From contig CAYHBD010000008.1 of assembly GCA_964354805.1 (NCBI GenBank), positions 29,169 to 93,168 on the forward strand: a stretch of 64,000 bases of DNA, read 5' to 3'. Made by a program: the position numbers and the translations under genes. Positions 47,879-58,000 of the stretch are shown here, piece after piece. Position 1 is the stretch's first letter. The number at the start of each line of letters is the position of its first letter. The DNA is from an uncultured archaeon (GTDB lineage: Archaea > Iainarchaeota > Iainarchaeia > Iainarchaeales > GCA-2688035). A model generated the notes under the pieces. The model was not told the origin of the DNA and did not search any database. It saw only the letters and a program-made list of their open reading frames with translations.

Positions 47879-48034
47879 ATGCTGAATTTCGATGTTGTGA
47901 TTGAAAAGGACAGCAAAACCGGGCAGGTTTATGCGTCTGTTCCTTCACTGCCTGGCTGCTATTCCTATGCGGATACTATTGACGAACTGTTGCGAAACAT
48001 AAAGGAAGCAATAGGGCTGCATTTGAGCGGTTAA
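47879..48034 (+). pseudogene. HicB-like antitoxin, short or truncated, without hicA
   Basis: MLNFDVVIEKD...YASVPSLPGCYSYADTIDELLRNIKEAIGLHLSG* (51 aa, below the ORF-track cutoff). Confidence 0.7.
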
Positions 48035-48081
48035 AAATATATTTAAATAATAGTTGTATATACTTATATAAGTGGTGTTTT

Positions 48082-48351
48082 GTGGCCAGAACTGTTACTG
48101 CGGTATTGCATTACCCGCGTTTGGATACTGTGCTTATGGTGGAGGATGCCATAAAGGGTGCTGATGACTATTTGACAAAGATGCAGTTGTGGAAAAGCCT
48201 GCCAAAGCAGGTGCAGTACCAGACTTTCCAGCTTATTTTGGATTACTTGCTAAAATCAAACAAAATAGTGATTGCAAAGGACAAAAAAATAGTCTGGATT
48301 GGCACAAACGCAAAGCTGGATGCCCTCCTCAAAAATTCAAAGGCGTTGTAA
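48082..48351 (+). CDS. Small winged-helix protein, putative antitoxin
   Basis: HYPRLDTVLMVE...QLWKSLPK...ILDYL; abuts the RelE-like ORF. Confidence 0.6.
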   Translation: MARTVTAVLHYPRLDTVLMVEDAIKGADDYLTKMQLWKSLPKQVQYQTFQLILDYLLKSNKIVIAKDKKIVWIGTNAKLDALLKNSKAL

Positions 48352-48696
48352 ATGTTCAAGGTTGTCGCAAGCCCGGATTTTTCAGAAGAATTTGAAAAGC
48401 TAAAACAGAGGGCAAACCAGGGGGATGGGGAAAGCGTTCTTCTGGTAAAGCTTATTGAGAACGGCATTGAAAAACTGAAATTCAATTACAATTACGGCAA
48501 CCACATTTCGAAAAAGAAAATTCCAGCAGAATACATTGAAAAGTATAGCGTGAAAAACCTCTGGAAACTTAACCTAAGCTCTTACTGGCGCATGATTTAC
48601 ACAATAAGAGGAGACGAAATAGAAGTGATATCAATTATCCTCGAAGTCATAGACCACAAAGAATACGACAGAAAATTCGGATACAAAACAAGCTAG
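48352..48696 (+). CDS. RelE-superfamily toxin
   Basis: NLWKLNL...WRMIYTI...ILEVIDHKEYDRKFGY. Confidence 0.7.
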   Translation: MFKVVASPDFSEEFEKLKQRANQGDGESVLLVKLIENGIEKLKFNYNYGNHISKKKIPAEYIEKYSVKNLWKLNLSSYWRMIYTIRGDEIEVISIILEVIDHKEYDRKFGYKTS

Positions 48697-48723
48697 GCCA
48701 TACTTTTTTTAAAATAAGAAAAG

Positions 48724-49629
48724 GTGAATCGCATCTCTTCCAAGCTGGCAAATGGCAAACGCATTGCAGTCATCGGCTCTGGCCCAGCCGGAATGCATGC
48801 AGCGCTGCTGCTTGCACAAGAGGGCTTTGCCGTTGAATTGTTTGAAAAAGAGAAGCAGCTTGGGGGCATGCTGCGCTACTGCATTCCGAAATTCAGGTTT
48901 GGCAGGCAGGGCATAGACCAAAAGATCGAGAAATTGAGGGAGCTTGGGGTAAAAATCCATGCCGGGAAAGCTGTTGGAAACAAGCTGCCGCTGCAGGAAA
49001 TTGTGGAAAGATTTGATGCTGTTTTGCTTGCGTGCGGGGAGCAGAAGGAAAAAAGGCTTGCGCTGCAGGGAGAGGGGTTAAGGGGGGTAATTTATTGGGG
49101 TGTTTTTCTGAGGGAGTACAATGAGGGCAGGGCAAAGAAATTGGACGGAAAACAGGCTATTATTTTGGGCGGCGGAGACACTGCAATTGACTGCGCAAGG
49201 GTTGCAAAAAGGCTTGGCGCAGAAGCGGTTATTGCTTACAGGAGAAGCAGGGAGGGAATGCCTGCCGAAAAGCGCGAAATTGAGGCAGCGGAAAAAGAGG
49301 GGGTGCAATTTCACTTCCATTTAAGCCTGGTGAAATTCAAGGGAGAGAAAAGGCTGGAAGCCATTGTTTTTGAAAAAACAGCGGGAGAGGGCAGGGAGAT
49401 GCGCTCCACAGGGGAATTTGCAGAGGAAAAAGCAGATATTGCCATAATTGCTGCAGGGCAGGAGCCGGATTTGAGCTTTTTGCAGGGCAGCAAATGGAAA
49501 AGCCTGCAGGAATTGCCTGAAAAAATAGTGCTTGCAGGGGACATTGCAAACAGGGAAAAACGCATCGCGGCAGCAATTCAATCGGCTGCTGCAGCAGTTG
49601 AAAAAATAAAGAAAATAGCGGTTAATTAA
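48724..49629 (+). CDS. FAD/NAD(P)-dependent oxidoreductase (GltD/NfnB core without the Fe-S domain)
   Basis: IAVIGSGPAG, GGMLRYCIP, ILGGGDTAIDCAR, YRRS...MPA, AGDI. Confidence 0.85.
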   Translation: MNRISSKLANGKRIAVIGSGPAGMHAALLLAQEGFAVELFEKEKQLGGMLRYCIPKFRFGRQGIDQKIEKLRELGVKIHAGKAVGNKLPLQEIVERFDAVLLACGEQKEKRLALQGEGLRGVIYWGVFLREYNEGRAKKLDGKQAIILGGGDTAIDCARVAKRLGAEAVIAYRRSREGMPAEKREIEAAEKEGVQFHFHLSLVKFKGEKRLEAIVFEKTAGEGREMRSTGEFAEEKADIAIIAAGQEPDLSFLQGSKWKSLQELPEKIVLAGDIANREKRIAAAIQSAAAAVEKIKKIAVN

Positions 49630-49855
49630 GTCAATTGACGAACTTCGGTTTGACAAAAACCATAACCTTTTTATTTGGCTGGGAAGACTATAATTTAATC
49701 GGGGGCAAAATTTCTTTTGAATTTTTACTTAAATTGGCATTTAAAATGCAGTGAAATTTACTAAAACCAAAAATTGCATTTAACAAAAAGGGTGAAAATT
49801 TGCCGAACACCAAAATTTCACACAAGAAGGCTTAATTTGAACAGGAGTGAGGAAA

Positions 49856-51154
49856 TTGCCGAGCAGCGAATTGCACGGGTTTTACAAGAAAAGCCAGCAG
49901 GAAAGGCTTGCAATAGTAAAGGAATTCGCCTCCCTGAGCGAGGAAGACATTGCATTGCTGCAGCGCAGCGGGGCAATGGGCTTTGAGATAGCTGACAGGA
50001 CAAGCGAAAACGTTATTGGCACGCAGCAGCTGCCGCTTGGCATTGCAACAAACTTCACCATTAATGGAAAAGATTATTTGGTGCCAATGAGCATTGAAGA
50101 GCCAAGCGTTGTAGCAGCAGCAAGCAAAATAGCAGGGCTGGCAAGGCAAACAGGGGGCTTTAAAGCCGAAACAGACGAGCCAATAATGATTGGGCAAATT
50201 CAATTAGTAAAAGTAAAAAATTTTGAAAAAGCGAAAAAGGAAATTCTGAAAAAAAAGCGGGAATTGATTGAAAAAGCAAATGCCTTTGACCCAGTGCTTG
50301 TAAAATTCGGCGGGGGGGCAAAAGGCCTTGAAATAAGGGGCATTAAAACCAAAAGAGGGCAAATGCTCATAGTGCACTTGCTTGTGGATGTAAGAGATGC
50401 AATGGGGGCAAATGCAGTGAACGGAATGGTTGAAGTAATAGCGCCGGAAATCGCGGCACTTGCAGGCGGAGAACAAAGGCTGTTTATTATATCAAATCTG
50501 GCGATTCACAGAAAAGCAAGGGCAAAAATGGTTATTACGCCAAAAGCGCTTGAAGAGAGCTTTGCAGGAAAAGGGATTGATTTGAAGGGAGAGGAAATAA
50601 TTGAAAGAATACTTGATGTTTACGAACTGGCTGCATGCGACCAGTTCAGGGCAACCACGCACAACAAGGGAATAATGAACGCAATTGACTCAATTGCAAT
50701 AGCAACAGGCCAGGACTGGAGGGCGCTTGAGAGCGGAGCGCACAGCTTTGCAGCATTCGGAAGAAAATATGGCCCGCTCACAAAATACTATAAGGACAAA
50801 GAAGGAAATTTAGTGGGAGAGATAGAATTGCCGCTTGCTGTTGGCCTGGTTGGAGGGGCAGTGAAAACAAGCCCTGTTGCGCAGGTTGCATTGAAAATCC
50901 TTGGAGTGAAAACAGCACAGGAACTTGCAATGGTTATGGCATCAGCCGCATTAGCAGAGAACTTGGGCAGCCTGCGGGAGATTGCAGCAAGGGGCATCAG
51001 GCACGGGCACATGGAACTGCACGCAAAAAACATTGCAGTCATTGCAGGGGCAAAAGGAAAAGAAATTGACGCGGTTGCACTACAAATCAGTAGGGAAGGA
51101 AAAATAACCGTGGACAGGGCAAAGGAGATTCTTGCAGAGATTAGGGGGCACTAA
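49856..51154 (+). CDS. hmgA: HMG-CoA reductase, class II
   Basis: [33 protein letters not shown]; TTG start after GGAGTGA (alternative GTG at 49847). Confidence 0.95.
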   Translation: MPSSELHGFYKKSQQERLAIVKEFASLSEEDIALLQRSGAMGFEIADRTSENVIGTQQLPLGIATNFTINGKDYLVPMSIEEPSVVAAASKIAGLARQTGGFKAETDEPIMIGQIQLVKVKNFEKAKKEILKKKRELIEKANAFDPVLVKFGGGAKGLEIRGIKTKRGQMLIVHLLVDVRDAMGANAVNGMVEVIAPEIAALAGGEQRLFIISNLAIHRKARAKMVITPKALEESFAGKGIDLKGEEIIERILDVYELAACDQFRATTHNKGIMNAIDSIAIATGQDWRALESGAHSFAAFGRKYGPLTKYYKDKEGNLVGEIELPLAVGLVGGAVKTSPVAQVALKILGVKTAQELAMVMASAALAENLGSLREIAARGIRHGHMELHAKNIAVIAGAKGKEIDAVALQISREGKITVDRAKEILAEIRGH

Positions 51155-51155
51155 G

Positions 51156-52226
51156 ATGGCAGTAAACAAAAACTTTGTCGGCATAGTTGGCTACGGGGTT
51201 TACGTGCCACGCTACAGGATAACGCTTGAGGAAATCGCCAAAACCTGGAGAAAGGACGGCAAGGCAATAAGCGATTCATTGGGCGTAAAGGAAAAGGCTG
51301 TTGCTGGCTTTGACGAAGACAGCTGCACAATTGCTGTTGAAGCGGCAAGAAAGGCAATAAAGCAATGGGGCAACGACTCGCAAAAAATAGGCGCTGTTTA
51401 CGTTGGCTCGGAATCGCATCCTTACGCTGTAAAGCCGACTGCATCAATTGTTGCAGATGCAATAGATACAGGCCCTGAATTAACAGCAGCTGATCTGCAA
51501 TTTGCATGCAAGGCAGGCACAGCAGGAATGCAAATTTGCATGGGCCTTGTTTTGAGCGAAGTGCCTGACTGGATTGATTATGGCCTGGCAATTGGCGCTG
51601 ACACTGCACAAGGCAGGCCAGGCGATGCATTGGAATACACTGCAGCAAGCGGCGGAGCTGCATTCATTATCGGAAAGAACCCAAAAGAAGTGATTGCATC
51701 AATTGACGAAACATTCTCCTATACAACTGACACGCCTGACTTTTGGAGAAGGCAGCACGCGGAATTCCCAAGGCACGGCGGCAGATTTACCGGGGAACCG
51801 GCTTACTTTAAGCACGTAATAAATGCTGCGGAAGGCATTATGGCAAAGGCAAAAATGAAGGCAACAGACTTTGATTACGCGGTTTTCCACCAGCCGAACG
51901 GAAAATTCCCCGAGAGGGCAGCCAAAATGCTGGGCTTTGAGCGGGAAAAAATAAAACAGGGAATGCTCACTCCATTGATCGGAAACACTTACTCTGGCAG
52001 CACAATGATCGGCCTGGCATCAATCCTCGACATTGCAAAGCCGGGAGAAAAAATCCTTGCAGTAAGCTTTGGCTCAGGAGCGGGAAGCGACGCATTTACA
52101 ATAACAGTGCAGGAACCGATTGAAAAAAAGAGGCAGAAAATCCCGGTACTTGAAATGATTAAGGAAAAAGAATACATCAGCTATGCGGAATACGCAAAAT
52201 TCAGGAGAAAGCTGAAGACACTGTGA
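51156..52226 (+). CDS. HMG-CoA synthase, archaeal type
   Basis: [40 protein letters not shown]. Confidence 0.95.
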   Translation: MAVNKNFVGIVGYGVYVPRYRITLEEIAKTWRKDGKAISDSLGVKEKAVAGFDEDSCTIAVEAARKAIKQWGNDSQKIGAVYVGSESHPYAVKPTASIVADAIDTGPELTAADLQFACKAGTAGMQICMGLVLSEVPDWIDYGLAIGADTAQGRPGDALEYTAASGGAAFIIGKNPKEVIASIDETFSYTTDTPDFWRRQHAEFPRHGGRFTGEPAYFKHVINAAEGIMAKAKMKATDFDYAVFHQPNGKFPERAAKMLGFEREKIKQGMLTPLIGNTYSGSTMIGLASILDIAKPGEKILAVSFGSGAGSDAFTITVQEPIEKKRQKIPVLEMIKEKEYISYAEYAKFRRKLKTL

Positions 52227-52231
52227 TTGGC

Positions 52232-52522
52232 ATGGTAAGAACCCCAAAATGGAAGAAAAAACGCCCACCGTGGTTTTCAACATATGGAAAAGGCGGGGGA
52301 AGGTATGGGAAAAAAACATTTAAACAGGAAACAAAAATAGCGGACTTTGAATTGCATAAAAAAATAATTGACAATAATCCTGCATTAAAAAGTTTTTATT
52401 TGCAAAAATTGGTAGAGGTTAACGCATCCGGAGAAAAGGGAATTAGCGCACAGGAGACTGCTGTTGCATTAACCAAACAATTTGCGGATGAGAAAAAAAT
52501 CTCTTGGAGGCTTCAAAAATGA
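52232..52522 (+). CDS. Small hypothetical protein with basic leader, inserted between HMGS and thiolase
   Basis: MVRTPKWKKKRPPWF; stop overlaps the thiolase ATG. Confidence 0.6.
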   Translation: MVRTPKWKKKRPPWFSTYGKGGGRYGKKTFKQETKIADFELHKKIIDNNPALKSFYLQKLVEVNASGEKGISAQETAVALTKQFADEKKISWRLQK

Positions 52523-53682
52523 GAAGCGTTTCAATAATCGGCTATGGTTGTACACAATTCGGCGAACACTGGGAAAAAAGCTTCAGGGAACTGATTGCTG
52601 AAGCCGGAACAATGGCAGTGCAGAACGCAGGCCTTACCGGAAAAGACATTCAGGCAATCTACGGCGGGTGCATGGCTTCAGGCAGGTTCATTGGGCAGGA
52701 GCACATTGGCGCCCTGATTGCAGACCAGCTTGGCCTGAACCCGATTCCGGCAACAAGGGTTGAGGCTGCATGCGCTTCAGGCGGGGTTGCATTAAGGAAC
52801 GCTTTCCTTGCGGTTGCATCAGAAGCTTACGATGTTGTTGCAGTTGGAGGCATTGAAAAAATGACTGAAATCAGTGTAAGCGAAGCAGCGATTGCATTGG
52901 GCGGGGCAGGCGACCAGGAAACAGAACTGTTCCACGGAGCAAGCTTCCCGGCGCTGTACGCTTTGATGGCAAGAAGGCACATGCACGAATTCGGAACAAC
53001 AGAAGAGCAGATGGCAATGTGCAGTGTTCAAGCACATAAAAATGGAATGCACAATCCAAATTCACAGTTCCACAAAGAAATAACTATTGAAGAGGTAATG
53101 GAATCAGGGTATGTTGCTTCGCCATTAAAATTGCTTGACTGCAGTCCGATAACTGATGGGGCAGCTGCATTAATTTTGTGCTCAACAGAGAAAGCGAAAA
53201 AAATGGGGTTCAGCAATGCAATTGAAATCATTGGTAGTGCACAGGCATCGGACAGCCTTGCATTAACAGGCAGAAAGAGCTTAACTGAAATGACTGCAAC
53301 AAAAGTGGCGGCCAGGGATGCTTATGCCCAAACAGGCTTAAAGCCAAGCGACATTGATTTTGCCGAAGTACACGATTGCTTCTCAATAGCAAACATAATG
53401 GCAATTGAAGATTTGGGTTTCTTCAAAAAGGGTGAAGGGGGAAAGGCAGTTGAAGCAGGCAAAACAGCACTTAACAGTGAAATCAGTGTGAATCCAAGCG
53501 GTGGCTTAAAGTGTGGACACCCAGTTGGAGCAACAGGAATAAAACAAGCAGTTGAAATAGTTGAACAATTGCTTGGAAAGGGTGGTAAAAGGCAAGTGCA
53601 CGATGCAAAAATTGGTTTGGCACACAACGTTGGCGGAAGCGGCGCAACGGCAGTAGTGCACATCTTTAAGGTGGTTCAATAA
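52519..53682 (+). CDS. Acetyl-CoA acetyltransferase (archaeal thiolase)
   Basis: EAACASG, DCSPITDGAAA, EVHDCF, GHPVGATG, HNVGG. Confidence 0.95.
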   Translation: MRSVSIIGYGCTQFGEHWEKSFRELIAEAGTMAVQNAGLTGKDIQAIYGGCMASGRFIGQEHIGALIADQLGLNPIPATRVEAACASGGVALRNAFLAVASEAYDVVAVGGIEKMTEISVSEAAIALGGAGDQETELFHGASFPALYALMARRHMHEFGTTEEQMAMCSVQAHKNGMHNPNSQFHKEITIEEVMESGYVASPLKLLDCSPITDGAAALILCSTEKAKKMGFSNAIEIIGSAQASDSLALTGRKSLTEMTATKVAARDAYAQTGLKPSDIDFAEVHDCFSIANIMAIEDLGFFKKGEGGKAVEAGKTALNSEISVNPSGGLKCGHPVGATGIKQAVEIVEQLLGKGGKRQVHDAKIGLAHNVGGSGATAVVHIFKVVQ

Positions 53683-54086
53683 TGAGCAATGGAGCGCTTC
53701 CATTAATCTGGAGAAAGTTCCCGGAAAGGTATCTGCTCAGGGGCAACAAATGCACAAACTGCGGAACAGCATTCTTTCCGGCAAGGAAAATGTGCCCAAA
53801 CTGCAGGAGAAAAGGAAAGTTGGTTGAAGAGGACATGCCGAAAGAGGGGGAAATAATTACCTTCACCGAAGTGTTCACAGCCCCGGCTGGCTTTGAGATT
53901 GAAACACCATACTTCATTGCAATAATTGAATTAACAAACGGCGCAAAAGTGCTCTCGCAAATAGTTGATTCACCGCGGGAAAAGGTCAGGATTGGATCAA
54001 AAGTGCAAAATGTTTTCAGAAAAATCTCAGACATCGACCCAGAAGGGCCGATTGCATACGGATACAAGTTCAAAGTTGTTGGATAA
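53682..54086 (+). CDS. DUF35 Zn-ribbon/OB-fold thiolase-HMGS scaffold
   Basis: CTNCG..FFPAR.MCPNC, IAYGYKF. Confidence 0.93.
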   Translation: MSNGALPLIWRKFPERYLLRGNKCTNCGTAFFPARKMCPNCRRKGKLVEEDMPKEGEIITFTEVFTAPAGFEIETPYFIAIIELTNGAKVLSQIVDSPREKVRIGSKVQNVFRKISDIDPEGPIAYGYKFKVVG

Positions 54087-54153
54087 GAAAGAACAAATGC
54101 CAAGAGCATACGGGTATAAATTCAAGTGAGGGAATAATTTTTATTGATGCAAA

Positions 54154-54786
54154 ATGCCTGAGATAAAGCACACAGGGTTACGCAGAATAGTTGGGAGAAC
54201 TTTGCGGGCATACGGCGGGCTTAAAACAGAACACACTGTGACAAGGGCTGTTGTTTCTGATTACCTGCTTGAAAAGCTGTTGTTCAAGGACCCAAATTTG
54301 CCCCCTGGAAAGCTTGGGCAGGCAAAAAGGCTTGCAGAGCACAGCGCGCGAATAAGCGAAGCAATTTCTTCCGCTCAAACCAAACAGCAAATTCCGGCAA
54401 AGAATGCAACAAAAATACTGCAAATAACCATGAACGAAATGCCAAAATATTTGGAAAGAAACAAAGAAAAATTAGGAAAAGAGGGAACTGCACAGTTTGC
54501 TGCCATTCAAAAAAAACTTATGGACAAGTTAATAAAAGTCGAGGATTTACCCGATGAACAGGCGGTTGAGCTTTCACTGCCCTTCCTTAAAATCGCGAAC
54601 ACTGTCCACCTTGACGCAATGCGTAGCCTGCTCGGAGAAAAAAAAATTCAGGCTATACACAAGGGCAATTGTGGGGGCAATGAAAACAGTAATGGAGAGG
54701 AAAAAGAAATGAAAACAGGGGGGGCAATATCTGCGATGGCAGAAGGGCTGATTGCATATTGTTATAAATTCAAAATTGTGGAATAA
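54154..54786 (+). CDS. Hypothetical protein with basic leader; probable +1 frameshift in an A9 run
   Basis: Current frame runs into a DUF35 3' echo; an A8 reading gives GEKKFRLYTRAIVGAMKTVMERKKK*. Confidence 0.6.
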   Translation: MPEIKHTGLRRIVGRTLRAYGGLKTEHTVTRAVVSDYLLEKLLFKDPNLPPGKLGQAKRLAEHSARISEAISSAQTKQQIPAKNATKILQITMNEMPKYLERNKEKLGKEGTAQFAAIQKKLMDKLIKVEDLPDEQAVELSLPFLKIANTVHLDAMRSLLGEKKIQAIHKGNCGGNENSNGEEKEMKTGGAISAMAEGLIAYCYKFKIVE

Positions 54787-54802
54787 ATTTAGGTGGTGAA
54801 AG

Positions 54803-56140
54803 ATGCCGAAACCGCTTACTGTTAGAAAACGCGTTTTTTCTGCAATGGGCTTGGGAAAAGGCCCGCTTGCGGTAGAAACAAGGCATGACATCCAAAGATA
54901 CTTTGAGCCATATGCTGGCAGGCGATATCCAACCGGCAGGTCAAGCGATGCTTCCAGGGTTCCGATTGAATTTGGTGCAAGGCAATGGGGGCACGCTGAA
55001 TTTCTGCGGAATGCTTTGAAAAGCCCCGGGCTTGCAAGGGAAATTGCAAGAGACCCTATTGCAAGGGTTGAATTCGAAAAATCTCTGTTTGACGCAATCC
55101 AGGAAAGGGCGCTCAAGGCTTACTCGGAAGAATGGCGCAACCTGAGCCCCAAAGCGATTTCCGCGCTAATAGGCAGGGCAAAGGCAACCGGAACCAAGCC
55201 AACGCCGCAAATCGCAAACGAATACAATGCAGGCATGGTTGCAAGGGAAGCAATGTCAGGGCTGGGCAAAGGGAAAAACCTCACAATTGTTGACCTGGGT
55301 TGCGGTGGCGGCGGCACAATAGTTCCAATAATTGAGTCAATTCCAAAAGAGTTCAGGCACAGAATCAGGGTTGTTTTGGTTGATGTGATGCAAAAAGGGC
55401 TGGATAGCAGCAGGAAAAAACTTTTGAGGCGCGGGCTGAATGGAAAGGGGCAGATCATTCCCATAAAAGAAAACATTTCCAAGCTAATGCACAACAACAA
55501 GGTTGCACATCTTTTTGGAACCGCAGACATTGTGACAACTGGAGCTGCGTTGCACCATGTTGCGGCAATAGAGCCGACTTTTGAGGGAGTAAAAAGGCTT
55601 CTGAAAAAGAATGGCGCGTTTATTTTCTGGGACTGGGGGCACGCTGCATGGAGAGCACCGAGGCTGGTAATTGCACCAGAGGGGGCAAGAGTGGACAAAT
55701 TCGGGAGATTCTATGAAAAAGGGCTGCGGACAGTTGAAGCAGAAAAAAGAACTGCCTTTGTTTCAAGAAGTGGAATCAGCGGGGTCTCAAAAGGCTGGGT
55801 TCCGACAGAGCACCAAACAGCAAGGGAAATGCTTTCAACATGGGTTTCACTGCTGAATTTTCCGGCTGAAAGAAAAGCGGAATTTTTGCAGTGGTTTGAC
55901 AGAAAGGCAGCAAGGGGCGAACCGATAGAGTTTGCCGAATACCTGAAAAGGCTTGAAGGCAGAAGGCTGGAGAAAGGCAAGCCCCACGCGGAAATAAAAT
56001 ACTGGGAAGGCCACAGGCCCCCGGAACTATACCACGACGCAATGAGGGCAGTCGGCTTAATTGGCGAAGGAGAAAGGCCATTTACAATCTATTCAACGCA
56101 AAACCCTTTGTTATACCAAATGAAGCTGAGAAAAAGGTGA
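54803..56140 (+). CDS. Class I SAM methyltransferase with long basic N-terminal region
   Basis: IVDLGCGGG, VLVDV, ADIV..AALHHV, RLLKKNGAFIFWD. Confidence 0.8.
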   Translation: MPKPLTVRKRVFSAMGLGKGPLAVETRHDIQRYFEPYAGRRYPTGRSSDASRVPIEFGARQWGHAEFLRNALKSPGLAREIARDPIARVEFEKSLFDAIQERALKAYSEEWRNLSPKAISALIGRAKATGTKPTPQIANEYNAGMVAREAMSGLGKGKNLTIVDLGCGGGGTIVPIIESIPKEFRHRIRVVLVDVMQKGLDSSRKKLLRRGLNGKGQIIPIKENISKLMHNNKVAHLFGTADIVTTGAALHHVAAIEPTFEGVKRLLKKNGAFIFWDWGHAAWRAPRLVIAPEGARVDKFGRFYEKGLRTVEAEKRTAFVSRSGISGVSKGWVPTEHQTAREMLSTWVSLLNFPAERKAEFLQWFDRKAARGEPIEFAEYLKRLEGRRLEKGKPHAEIKYWEGHRPPELYHDAMRAVGLIGEGERPFTIYSTQNPLLYQMKLRKR

Positions 56141-56149
56141 GGTGAAATT

Positions 56150-57034
56150 ATGTTAAAACAAACAAAAAAGCCGATAAAATATTCTGCAAGAAAAAGATGG
56201 CCTGGAAGGGCAAAAATAATGGGCAGATATATGCGAGTTGTTTTCAGGCAGTTTGAAAAAAGCGGCGAAATTAGCTCTGCACACAATATTGGGCACGTGC
56301 AAAGGGTAAGCATGTACGCGACAAAATATGCTGAATTTATGGGCGCAAAACCGGCAATACAGCAGCAAACAAGGATTGCAGGAATTAGCCACGACAGAAT
56401 AAGAGACAAGACAGAGCAATACAGCCACGAGGAAACCAGCGGAAGATTCATGGGGGAAAAGTTTGCGAAACGCTATGGAAAACGCCCTACAAAAAGAATG
56501 ACTGACGCAATAGTAAAACACGGCGGACTGCCAGAGCTGAACAGGGTTGGAAAAAACATTGCAAGGGACGCGGTTGTTTTTGCAGACAAATTCTTTGAAG
56601 CGAACGGAGCATATATTGCTTTCAGGCGCGCAATGTTCATGGGTGAAAGGGTTGACAGAAGAAAAGAAATGCAGGAGAAACACTTAACGCCAGAACAAGC
56701 TGCGGTTGATTTCACGGTTGATGAGAGCATTAAGAGGATAAAAGCGTTCTCAGACCTGAGCAAAATACCAAAACACTTGTACCCCTTTGTGGAATACCAA
56801 GTGACTTGGCAAAAAAGATTGCTTGAGGGGCTGCAAAAAAGAGAACCTGGAATTGTAAATCTCGCGCAGACATTGTTCAAAGAAGGGCTAAAAGCAAAGC
56901 CGAAACCATTGGATGAAGCAATAAAATCATACAGACCAATCACAAAAGAAGATGCAGCATTCAAAGCAGAAACAATGCGATATTTTAATGGAGAATTATG
57001 GGAAATTTTCAAGCAATTGGTTAAAAAGCCATGA
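56150..57034 (+). CDS. HD domain protein with basic leader
   Basis: AHNIGHVQRV, ISHD, HEE, ADKF.EANGA. Confidence 0.75.
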   Translation: MLKQTKKPIKYSARKRWPGRAKIMGRYMRVVFRQFEKSGEISSAHNIGHVQRVSMYATKYAEFMGAKPAIQQQTRIAGISHDRIRDKTEQYSHEETSGRFMGEKFAKRYGKRPTKRMTDAIVKHGGLPELNRVGKNIARDAVVFADKFFEANGAYIAFRRAMFMGERVDRRKEMQEKHLTPEQAAVDFTVDESIKRIKAFSDLSKIPKHLYPFVEYQVTWQKRLLEGLQKREPGIVNLAQTLFKEGLKAKPKPLDEAIKSYRPITKEDAAFKAETMRYFNGELWEIFKQLVKKP

Positions 57035-57049
57035 AACGAGGCAAAAAAA

Positions 57050-57985
57050 ATGGCGGAAGGCAAAGGTTTCGGGAAAACAATTCTTTTCGGCGAGCACTTT
57101 GTGGTTTACGGCCTGCCTAGCATTGCTGCAGCATTGAGCGATTATACAACAGCTGATGTTGAAGCCGGCACAGGGCAGGGCACGCAGTTTGTTGACAAAC
57201 GGCCCGAAACTCCGGGCTACAAAGAAACAAAAAAAGGCGAAATAAGCAGGCAAATCGAAGCAATAAAAAAACATTTCAGACTTGATGAACAAAAGCCTTT
57301 GAAAATAACTTTGTCTGGCAACCTTGTTTGCGCTACTGGCATTGGAGCAAGCGCTGCGCTGGCGGCAAGCATTGCAAGGGCAATCAATCAAGAATTAAAG
57401 TTGAATTTGAATGACGAGCAAATAAACCAAGCAGCCTTTGTTGCAGAGCAGGCCGGCAGCGGAAACCCAAGCGGAATAGACAACACCTGCGCTGTTTACG
57501 GCGGTTTCATTAATTTTGAAAAAAACTTGCAAGGCGGACCAAACAAAATAGGGCTAATAAAAGTGAAAAGGCCTGTTGAAATCATTTTAGCAAACAGCGG
57601 CGTAACACACGAACTAAAAAGCGTTCTCGAAGATGTTAAAGCGCTGAAGGAAAAAAAGCCGAAAGAATTTGAAAAAATTTTCAAAGAGTATAGAAAGGTT
57701 TTTGATTCAGCGCTTGCCGCACTGAAAAAAGGCGACTGGAAAAAAGTCGGGAAATTGATGAACAAAAATCATGCCCTATTGCGGAAAATAACTGTGAGCT
57801 GCAAAGAGCTTGACGGAATGCAAAAAATAGCGTTAAAAGCAGGCGCACTGGGGGCAAAGCTGACTGGGACAGGGAGAGGCGGCTTATTAATCGCGTTAAC
57901 ATCAGGGGAAGAGCTGCAGGAAAAGGTTGCAAAAGAGCTTGAAAAAAACGGTTTTAAGTGCCAGAAAACAAGAATAGGGGCTTGA
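57050..57985 (+). CDS. mvk: Mevalonate kinase
   Basis: GKTILFGEHFVVYG, GIGASAA, NPSGID, GAKLTGTGRGG. Confidence 0.95.
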   Translation: MAEGKGFGKTILFGEHFVVYGLPSIAAALSDYTTADVEAGTGQGTQFVDKRPETPGYKETKKGEISRQIEAIKKHFRLDEQKPLKITLSGNLVCATGIGASAALAASIARAINQELKLNLNDEQINQAAFVAEQAGSGNPSGIDNTCAVYGGFINFEKNLQGGPNKIGLIKVKRPVEIILANSGVTHELKSVLEDVKALKEKKPKEFEKIFKEYRKVFDSALAALKKGDWKKVGKLMNKNHALLRKITVSCKELDGMQKIALKAGALGAKLTGTGRGGLLIALTSGEELQEKVAKELEKNGFKCQKTRIGA

Positions 57986-58000
57986 ATGTTTGGTGATTAA

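Noticed and set aside
36722-57034. Tat signal peptides on the basic-leader proteins
   Set aside because: Some RR pairs occur, but there is no S/T-R-R-x-F-L consensus or following hydrophobic region
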